DNA from: Catajapyx aquilonaris
Taxonomy: Eukaryota
Direction: 5' to 3'
Length of the DNA: 20,000 bases
Assembly (NCBI GenBank): GCA_000934665.2
Contig: JYFJ02001605.1
Location: 54,944-74,943, forward strand
Below, one piece after another: positions 11,094-20,000 of the stretch. Position numbers and translations under genes: made by a program. Under the pieces are notes generated by a model, which was given only the letters and a program-made list of their open reading frames with translations, searched no databases and was not told where the DNA came from. Each line of letters starts with the position of its first letter. The stretch's first letter is position 1.

Positions 11094-12038
11094 TAAGTGT
11101 GCAGCCAGAAGGCGACGCGACTTTTTGATCATGCTAAATTGAGGTTACAGCACCCAAGTTACTTGAAGGAGGTATATTTATTAGTAGAGAGAGGATGTAG
11201 CGGAGTAAGGAAGTACGTAGCGCATCTGGCGACGCGATTTATCCACACATGCATTGTGCTGCGGTTTGTTAACTTCCCAGCTGAGGATGACATGCCGATA
11301 TGACTCCCCTTTTGGCGGTTCCATGCTCTCCCTAAAAAAGCGGGGAGAGGGAGGAGAGGGAGTGGGGAACAGGAAAGGGAAGTTGAAACCGCTCCTGAAT
11401 TACAATAATTTTTGCAAAAGGGATACAGCAGGCAGCATTGAACAGTTCTCCCCTTGACTGCCTCACGTCGCTAACCTCCCATCCACCCACCGTCCCGAAT
11501 AAATGAGAAATATAAATATTTGGTCGGAGGTTGTCAAGTAGCAAATCCGGTATATTGAATGTGCGGGTAATGGATGATAATGTATGTAAATAAGAGCGGG
11601 CTTTGCAGATTTGCTATTCATGGAGATATTGTCATAGAAGAGAGGGAGGTTTATCCGGAAGCCCTTTTCCAGCCAGGTTATATGGAGAGTTTTCGGGAGG
11701 TAGGAGGCTATCAATGAGGTTAAGTTAGTGTCACTCTAGTTACATATCGATGGCCAAGTTACTAGTATTGTTGTGACAGAAATCAAAATTGCGCAGGTAG
11801 TCCCTGTTCGATTCGAAGTTATAATGCAATATTTTGTACTTATCAAAGTTACAATAGCAATTATTACATACCGGTACTAGGCAAACATACTACAAGTTGA
11901 TCCCTGCAAAACGAATTTCTAACATGCTTCAAATTCACATATAACATCATTGATTTCCACATTTTGCTGGAAGAACTGCGGATCAACTGTAACATCCCAC
12001 CCATATAGCCTGTAGGTTTATTGCGCAACACTGCGCTA

Positions 12039-12065
12039 AAAATAAATAAATAAATAAACAAATAA
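12039..12065 (+). repeat. (TAAA)n microsatellite, possibly the 3' tail of a truncated LINE
   Basis: aaaataaataaataaataaacaaataa seen directly; the LINE-tail origin is inference. Confidence 0.7.
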
Positions 12066-12567
12066 TGGTAAAAGTAACATGTAGTGCACGTCAAACATCA
12101 GATATCACATGAGTAACAGAAATGTTCTTGTGCAATATACTGTACATAGGTCATAGCTTACTATGCGCACTGAGTAGGCCTAGTTATACATGATGTATAA
12201 TTAGTAGAGTCCGGATTTTTAGGCAAATGCCTATTTAGCTCGTTAACAGTTGGGAGGGTTTTGTGAAGAGATCTATCCGTTTCATAAGTGCTGGATGTGG
12301 AAAATGTAGGCCTTCTAGTGCCTAAAACGGCATATTTCTTGGTTTGGGGAACTATTTTGCCTATTTTTTGGGACTTTTCATGCCTATTTCACCTTTTTTG
12401 GAATAATTTGTGAACTATTTGAAGCAATTTCGAGACTTTTTGGGCATATTCCGAACCTACTCCTTCAGAGACATGTTTGGTTTTTTTCGGAGTATTTTTT
12501 GTGCTCCTGAAAGGACCAATATCGTTCAGAAGTAATACGAATCATGTTTCCGTGACGCGCATATATA

Positions 12568-12617
12568 TGCCAAATATTTTTCTAAATTCCAATCAGAGGA
12601 AAGAAAAATATTTGGCA
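12568..12617. repeat. 16-bp perfect inverted repeat with 18-nt spacer
   Basis: TGCCAAATATTTTTCT (12568-12583) and AGAAAAATATTTGGCA (12602-12617); the spacer holds an additional TTCC/GGAA stem. Confidence 0.85.
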
Positions 12618-12753
12618 ACATATTGTGCCAGTGGAAACTGGCTATAAGCAGTATAGAGTCAAGAGTAGGGATACTTGCTTGCACTTTGTGTCTTTTGCTC
12701 AAGTTTCGAGATTTCCTGCCAGGAATCAAATCAAGAAATCAGAGGAAATCAAT

Positions 12754-12834
12754 CAAATCAGAGGAAGGCCCGAATAACAACGATAAACTGACGGTCAGTT
12801 TATATCGTTGTTATTCGGGCCTTCCTCTGATTTG
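12754..12834. repeat. Near-perfect 81-bp palindrome
   Basis: 12754-12792 pairs with 12794-12834 (single-nt centre G12793, one 2-nt bulge). Confidence 0.9.
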
Positions 12835-12988
12835 CAACCTTATATTTATACTTTCGGTCTATAAAATTATTCAGGATTTTTAAAATTTTCTGTAACATTA
12901 TGCTCTATACGCCAGAAAAAGTAAAATTTGCGTGCCTATTTGAGGTTTTTTTCGTGCCTATTTCGAGGGGTTTCTTGCCTAAAATGTA

Positions 12989-13075
12989 TTAGAATAGTAT
13001 CGTAGTATACTGTGCAGAGTTATACTATGCTGTAGTGTAGTTTTAGTATAGCGCACTGTAGGTATATAGTACATT
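12989..13075 (+). repeat. Degenerate (TAGTA/TAGTG)-like pentamer low-complexity tract
   Basis: tagaatagtatcgtagtatactgtg...tgtagtgtagttttagtatagc...tatagtac shows ~5-nt periodicity. Confidence 0.5.
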
Positions 13076-14649
13076 ATCGACTAGGCAAGTATGGGGGCGC
13101 AAAAATACTTTTCGTTCATTCTTTTTTGAAGGCACGAGAAAATTATGCGCAGCCACCATATGTTCCCGATTAGTTGACCTAAGTTGGTTTTGTAGAATTT
13201 TTAAATAAAATTCCTGATACCGGGCTGGGTATCGCAGATATTTTCAACAACCCGGAGTTTTAATTTCATGCAATAATTATTTTTGTTCCAAATAACTTTT
13301 GTTGATATAGGGCCAATCCAGCATGTGATACTATAGGACGCAGAGTATTATTAAAACATATCCCAGCTACCAGTAAATAATGCTGATGCTATTGGCAATG
13401 TAATTGACGTAAAATGACATTGTTTATTTTAATTACAAAGCATTGGGTTGTAAAGCAGTGTGTTGTCTTTAATTATACTGTATAATTATGTATGAAGAAA
13501 ATTACGTACAGGAAGGGCAACAAGAAGTGGCTGACGAATATACAAGTGGGTGTAGTACTGTACGTGGGTAGCAAGAATGTACGAGGGGAAGTAGACGGCG
13601 AGGATGTATAGCATGGCAGCAAGTACGGGGGGACGTAGCCTTACATGTCCTTGCACTAGAGTGTCCTACTTTTCTGCGAGCCGCAAACGCAAGTCGTTGG
13701 CTCTTTATGTACCTTTGGGGTGCACTGCCGACAAATGACATTTTCCAAAATTGCACCTCAGAATATCAAGTGTGCATAACTACCTCCTGCTATACAAGTA
13801 GGAGTGAGAAAACTTTTCTAACTATTGTAGCAATTTGTACGCTGTTGCCATTTTCACCCAGAAAGCGCTGGCACCATCACCCTGAAAGCACCTGTGCGAA
13901 TAGAAAATGGGACTTTTTGGCTTCATGACTGTGTGCTACAAATATTTTGGATTATCATATCAATCGAAACAATACCAAATTGTTTTACATTAGTTTAAAT
14001 TTAAAATACTGCATCGGATAGTAGTACAATGGACCATAATTTACTTGCGAGCTAGTAGGTCAAATGAGTGCTTATTGAGATCTGGGCTAAAATTGCTAGT
14101 TAAGTGAGACATTTCTGTGAGTTGTGAACCGAATGCCAGAGTATGACCGCGTCAGTGGTGGCGTATTTATAAAATTAGAATTAATAGGTCGCTTCTCTTG
14201 CAAATGAGAAGTACACAAATGATCTCCCCAGTGACGTGAGAGTGTTGTTGGAAGCAGTGTAGCCAGCTGGATGGGCTCTGGCTGCGGTGTTTCCTTTAGC
14301 GGCCCCGCTTTGACCAGGGCAAAGCCTCATTTTATTTGAAGAGCCAACGTTCAGTGCAGACTAGGGTAACCATACCCTCTACCCGCTTGCATTATTCTCT
14401 AAGCGTAGGCAAGTTATCCTAAAGTTTTACCTATTTTCCGAAATACTTGCAATAGTAAAGGAAATTACTCGATGTTATTTGAATGTATTTTTATATGGCC
14501 TTAATGAGGACATCGCAGATTACGTATCCATTATAGGGTAAGTACCATGGAGACGTATTTAAACTTTTAGAAGTAATCAAGCAGTTGCCCCGAGGTAAGT
14601 TCCTCCGCTGCTCAAACAAGGACCCGTTGCCTTTTTCGGCTTATGATTT

Positions 14650-15540
14650 CTTCCATGAATTATTATTAACATATGAGAGCAAGGCGCTCACAATTAACAG
14701 GGAGGAAATGCGTTGCTTTTGATAGCTGTAAGTTATTTGCAAAAATTTAGTTAGCCGATTAATACAGAGGTATCGATTCACCAATAAAAAAGTGTTCAAT
14801 TCCAGCACAATAGACATGACGATGTTCAACGCGTTCGACTTTTAAAAAATATAAGCAACTACTGCATATATACTTTTTGTGGTTTTTGCAAATCACATAT
14901 CCACCCATCAACACGAGTATTAATGAATGCGTGAAGGGCTAAAAATGGCTTTTGTGATGTGACAGGAAAATATGGACAGAGCATAACATGATTACGACTT
15001 GCGATGCATACATTATTCAATGCAAAGTAGGTCAAGAGTATCGACATGGAAAGCCTATTACAGACTCTGGCAAATAAGTCCCGACACTTATACACTAATC
15101 CTATAATTCAGAGTGACACCATCAAAAGCTTTAAATGTTTCTTAAAGGTTATACTGTATAATAGTCATGCATCACTTAGGTGTCGAGCCAATAATTTTAG
15201 CCACCTACTCTACACGCAGTCTTCACAATGATGATTAACGACACACATAATGGTACTTTTTATGTAGTGCATTGTCCTACCATTCCTAAAATGATGGGTG
15301 TATGACACGACTAGACATGGACGGAACCCGTAGCTTTGTATACAAGGATTCACCATTACATCTAAGGTAAAATTAGATGTTTCCTTGCCTCCCATCTGAC
15401 TATAGATCTGGCTTTTAAATCTTCTTAAAATATGGTACCCTCTACAGGCACGACTCGCTCGTGAAGTGAGTAATAACCTATTAGGTTCTGGCACTTGGGA
15501 AATGGGTTGGTCTTGCACTCAATCCAGTAACGTTTTACAC
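14650..15540 (-). mobile_element. Highly decayed non-LTR retrotransposon (CR1/L2-like) reverse transcriptase fragment
   Basis: ORFs 15210..15518 and 14859..15095 share one minus frame and show RT-like motifs in the expected order and spacing: VP..NRLLL (cf. AFD.VPH.RLL), Q.....P.L...Y (cf. PQGSVLGPLLF..Y), Y...T.........EDC (cf. YADDT...EDC), RDL (cf. RDLG), LHAFINTRVD (cf. L2 HAFITSRLDY), then KVERVEHR after a frameshift (cf. LERVQRR). Judged by eye only. Confidence 0.5.
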
Positions 15541-17372
15541 GAAGCTATTTTAAAAGACAAGTGGTGATTAAACACTGTAATTCTCTCTTTACACTATGAA
15601 ATAATTTAGAAACACTGGAATTGATTTACAGTAAGATAAATACCCCGTAGTCGTATCAGAACAATGTCTGCTATTCAGGACTATCAGGAGACGCAAGAGC
15701 ACATCCGTGGCAAAGGGCATAATACTGTGGCAGACCTAACGATGCTATCTGCATACGCTCTGATGCCAATCAGTTTCTGCTTGTGCTGGAACAAAGTCGC
15801 GGCCAATGACATAATGCCAGCTCCACATGACGAGAGCATCAGATCGACATTTTGCAGTTGTCGTGCGGCTGTCCTCAGAAAGCACCTCTCACAAGCTTCT
15901 CCATTCCGTACTACTCCGATGGCATTGAGTGCCTTTTTTTATCAAACTTGAAGTGATTTAAGTACATATTGATTACTAACACTACCCTGCAAAATGTTGA
16001 AAAAGTTTTCTGGGGCACGGGGGGGTTGATGGGTGACCTAACCCGAGGTTTAAAATTATGTGAGTAAGAGATAGAATGTAATTAAATTAGAAATAAAGGA
16101 GTAATTCGGATCACTTTTTATAGAACTATAGTATAAAACTAGGTTGTCACTAGTTGCTAAATGAATAACCGTATTCCATTTAAGTCTACTTCAGTGACGT
16201 GTGGCGATAAAGTTCACCGCTCGCGCGTCCTTAAATAAAAGAGGCGGAAAGTTACAAATTATTTATTCTTGGTAACAGACATCATGCATAGCTCCCCGTG
16301 GTTCTGAGATCCGAATGTGATCATTCCACTGGTCAGCACATTTGCGTGTCTAGCTTTCCTGATGGACTGAATTTCACAGTGAAGTTCAATTCCAAACAAA
16401 AGTACAATCTACATTTTTCAGTGAAATAACATGAGTGGAATTCATAAGAGGCCACAGATCCCAACAAGGGGCAACGAATTCTTTCACAATAGGTTACTTC
16501 CTAACCATGTTTATGGCGAAGAATTTTCTATTTTATTTGAAAATTCTGATGCACTGGAACGAGCAGAAACTCGTTTCACTTCATCCCTTACGGCACCTGG
16601 AAAAACAATATTCCGAGTTTTCCTAATCTGCTTAGTGGTGTTTGTGTACCTGACATATTGCACTGCACGTGACATGTCCTAGAAATATAACAGTCACCGC
16701 TATTTGTTGTTGAATAATCTTGCTGTTCTCTGTGTAGTTTGAGTGAGAAACGTTTTTATGCCGTTGTAATGTGCAAGTGATTAGCCTTTAATTAATCGAA
16801 CAATTACTTATTTTGTCATGACGGAATATGAGTGTTCCAATCATCAAAGCAATTTCATCTTGCATTACCATTTTCATTGCAAGCGACATGAATGGCAAAA
16901 TAGTATGGATTGATAATGGAAGTTATTAGTACACGAAATTACGTGTTGAATACGTTCACGCAATGCATATCTGCGTTATAATACCACCAATTGGAGATTT
17001 GTACGAAACACAATAATTTGCGCTTCGGGATCAGTCCACAGTAGCTGTTTATCCATGCATTTTATGAATCTGGCAACCCTTTCAAAATTCGGCATCACCT
17101 AAACAGGTTGACAACTTACAACCAAGTATCGCATGAACGCACAAGTTGAGACACACCGTACGTATTACAAACAAACCGTTTGTCCTGCCCTGATGATCTC
17201 ACGAAGAAAGTAGTCTCAAGGCAAAAAAATGCGATACAAGTTCCATTATGCAAGGTGTATATATCTCACCTCCCTGAGCTAGCATTGCCCAGGACTCTTA
17301 GCACGACTGGCTGTCTATATCCATGATTGCGTACTAGGCTGCGAATATAGTCGACGATGTGAAACGGGGTGT

Positions 17373-17386
17373 GGGGGGGGGGGGGN
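17373..17386 (+). other. Poly-G run ending in an ambiguous base (assembly or sequencing uncertainty)
   Basis: 13 G at 17373-17385 followed by N at 17386. Confidence 0.9.
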
Positions 17387-18909
17387 CTGGTGAGAGTGGG
17401 TTGTAAGGGAGCGAAACCAATTTTCCGCTGTCTTGACATTTGCGCCGCCTCAGCTGAAGTGCGCCGACTGGACTCATTTGCTTGCTTCATTCCACAAAGG
17501 CAAAGAAGGAAGGAAGGAAGACGGAAAAGGAAACGAATGAACCAAGTCCATCTTCTCTTCCCTCCCTATAGATCAATCCAGGGTCCCCCATATAATGGGC
17601 ACGGGGGCTGGCACACACATGTCCATAATTGCATGTGAGGAGAGCTTTCCGCTTGTAATGTGCTGAGAAAAAGTAGTTTCGTGCCCCATGCTGATATAAA
17701 TGGGGAGGGAAAAAGTTTGAAGCCGAGTTTGAATGTGTCCGGAGCAAAGGAGTTGGACCTGGGTGCTCTGGCTAGGGTATGTGCTGGGAGGGGTCTATAT
17801 AGGCAGAGGCATTTGGGCAGCCAACAGGCGAGGCAGGCAAGCCATGGCCATAAAGCGAATCCCGCAGACACACAATTATTCGGCGGCAGGGTTAATCCGA
17901 TGGGCCCAAAGGGGCTTAATACTCGGCTTTTTCAGCGCCCGGCTCTTTTTCGGAGGAGGCCTTTTGTGCACTCCCTGAATACTTCATATGCCCGCGGAGA
18001 GACTTTGAGCCACGTTCGGGGAGTTAATATGACACATTATATCCCTGCATGCGCATCTTTTGCCACTCGACTGGCCGAGAGGGGAGGGTGGGATGGAGCA
18101 GGGCATATGCAAATCAAATATATTATACATTCCCCCTCCCAACATCTCCTCAAAGTGATTTTCTGGACCTCTCCTCCCATTCTGCTGATTGATATGCAAA
18201 AAGGGTGGAATGACTCCAATTTGTAGGCTTGCTGCGGTATAAAGTGAGCCAAGTGTGGGTAGCACAAGGTGTCGGGGGACTCGGGCCTTCAGTTTTGGTC
18301 TGGGTGAAGTGCATTCGCGGAAAGGTGTATCAGATGAAATGTTAATCAGGACCCTTTCCCTTCTTGTTTGACTCATTATACGGCCCTCAATTTTTGCCAA
18401 ATTAAATTTTTGCATGATGTTATTAGGCTTGATCACTTGTCATGAAGGGTGGAATAGGGTTGTTTTGTGTGTTGTAAAAGATACAATAGTCCAGATCGAT
18501 AACAACGATTAATTAAGCTGCATTTTTTAAAAATTGTAAAGTAGGGCCTACTATGTAACCAATGTAACTTTAGCGGAGATGATATGGCAAGGGTAGGGTT
18601 AGGGTAAATGCTACTTTAACGTTTCAATACAGAAGCCAAGTACTGCAGGTGCGTCAAATTAGGCCTACTTGCTTTGTTGCTCTAGGCGGCAGATTTCCAT
18701 ATTTGCAGAGGCTGTTTTCTGAAGGTACGTCTTGTAAAGTCAGATACTGCTGCTATGAGAAGTTAGTAATGTGTACATGCACAGTTTATTTGCATAGTAA
18801 CTTATGTTAATAGGAGTACCGGTACCATATGTCAGTCTACGAATAAAATGCAGAATACAGTGTCAAAAGGGTTAATTCACCCTACTGGCCTACTTAAGCT
18901 ATACGAGTA

Positions 18910-19071
18910 CAGTGCCGGCCATATATGGAGGCAACGACTAGCGACATTTTCCCGAAGCGGCAGAAGAAGGAATCGAAGATAAGCATGCTACAAGCCGGGC
19001 GAGCAAGATTCCTTCTTCTGCCGCTTCGGAAAAATGTCGCTAGTCGTTGCCTCCATATATGGCCAGCACTG
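18910..19071. mobile_element. Tc1/mariner-like MITE (162 bp): 65-bp TIRs, CAGTG...CACTG ends, TA target duplication
   Basis: 18910-18974 and 19007-19071 are inverted repeats with 63/65 identity around a 32-nt spacer; TA at 18908-18909 and 19072-19073. Confidence 0.88.
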
Positions 19072-19458
19072 TACATACTGCAAGGAGTACATGAAATCTC
19101 ATCTCAGAATATGTCTAAAGTAGGACACCTCTTAACATTACTATACTTGTTGCTACTTGCGTTGTGCTTTTTGGTAAAATTATTATTCTGGGGTATATTT
19201 GCATAATGCAGAGTTGAGATGCACATATTCGTTATGAATTTACCGAAACACAAACACAATTTTGTTGCTTCTTCAACAGTGTACGGTATATTAATACTGA
19301 ACAAAATGCAAAAACTGTGCAAACGTGTTTATACGAGTTTCTCATGCAGCTTATCAGACATTCCGTTCTTAATGAAAGTTAAGCCGTTTTAGGAACACCT
19401 TAGCTTTAGCTGTAGGCATTATACTTACAAAGGAGCAGATTTGGATGTTGGTTATCAT

Positions 19459-19680
19459 TAGAGAACGGATTTCTAGGTTTTTACCTACTTTTTCTTTTGT
19501 AGGCAGAACACCGGAACCAAAATATCTATCCGTTTCATAACACAAGGACCTCAAAAATCGCAGTTTTATAGAACCTAAAAATGCCTATTTCGGGTTTTGG
19601 GACCTAAATGGCCTATTAGCACCTATTAGTGCCTATTTCGACCTTTTTCACGGCATTCGGTGAGATTTTCGAGAGTTCTG
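19459..19680 (+). mobile_element. Second, diverged left-end copy of the TAGAGnnCGGATTTnTAGG element family
   Basis: Starts TAGAGAACGGATTTCTAGG; shares the exact 17-mer ATCTATCCGTTTCATAA (19524-19540 vs 12271-12287) at nearly the same offset, followed by colinear cctaaaa/gcctattt/tttcgaga motifs. Confidence 0.6.
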
Positions 19681-20000
19681 CAGGTTTTCCGTTCAAGGAA
19701 TCCCTCCCACTTCAACCTGTGACAAGCGAAGAAGCGGTTGATCGGCAAGATCCCAGGTAATATGCCGTTAACAGCTATTGCGAGTCGAAATAACTGTTAT
19801 TAATAGCCGTTAAATAAGCTGCTACATTCGGCCCGACGGATTTTCTATCGGCCATATCGGCTCCCCGTGAGGGAGCATCTTAACTGTCGCCGAATAACTG
19901 CGGTTAACCAACGAAAATATGGAATAACTGCTAGTTCGTTACTGTTCTGCAAAATTCCATGGCCAGGAGTAGGCTGTAAATATGTGTAGAAATTAAAATA

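Larger units (their letters stand above)
12205..12985 (+). mobile_element. Non-autonomous DNA transposon remnant with TAGAGTCCGGATTTTTAGGCAAA terminus and GCCTATTT subterminal repeats (possibly hAT-related)
   Basis: Left end at 12205; partial inverted right end ttgcctaaaat at 12975-12985; many (t)gcctattt motifs near both ends; first ~235 bp colinear with 19459-19680. The superfamily call is inference. Confidence 0.6.

Noticed and set aside
11111..11237. 10-bp direct repeat GGCGACGCGA flanking 107 bp, possible target-site duplication
   Set aside because: No TIRs or poly-A tail between the repeats.
9024..14324. 14-bp direct repeat TGACCAGGGCAAAG at 9024 and 14311
   Set aside because: About one such match is expected by chance in 20 kb and the flanks do not align.
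14253..14326. Possible decayed tRNA-derived SINE head (TAGCCAGCTGG A-box-like)
   Set aside because: No intact B box (GTTCGA) or cloverleaf; not a tRNA gene and unsupported as a SINE.
17660..18436. Longest ORFs (188 aa plus, 150 aa minus)
   Set aside because: No recognizable domain, overlapping on opposite strands, in GC-richer noncoding-looking DNA; consistent with chance.
100..19760. 10-bp inverted match TTACCTGGGA (100-109) / TCCCAGGTAA (19751-19760)
   Set aside because: 10-mer matches are expected many times by chance in 20 kb; at most the ends of two separate small elements, not one element spanning the window.
1..20000. CRISPR array, operon, defence system or other prokaryotic-type system
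   Set aside because: Spliceosomal introns, an arthropod cuticle gene and very low coding density show eukaryotic DNA; no regularly spaced repeat-spacer array was seen.

Overview
Eukaryotic (arthropod, most likely insect) genomic DNA, not prokaryotic. It holds one clear protein-coding gene: a four-exon RR-2 (Rebers-Riddiford, Chitin_bind_4) cuticular protein on the + strand, join(2447..2461,2532..2600,3373..3602,3663..3708), 119 aa, with TATA box, Inr-like site, signal peptide, His-rich segment and GGF-repeat tail. The ORF track captures only exon 3. The remaining ~17 kb is intergenic. It contains two well-preserved TA-flanked MITEs (10953-11093, 18910-19071), two diverged copies of a TAGAGnnCGGATTTnTAGG-terminated non-autonomous DNA element (from 12205 and 19459; the first has internal hairpins), a heavily decayed probable CR1/L2-type LINE reverse transcriptase (~14650-15540, minus), microsatellites and G-tracts. 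I found no convincing evidence of a novel biological system; the findings are gene-structure and transposon observations. All family assignments are by eye, without database searches.
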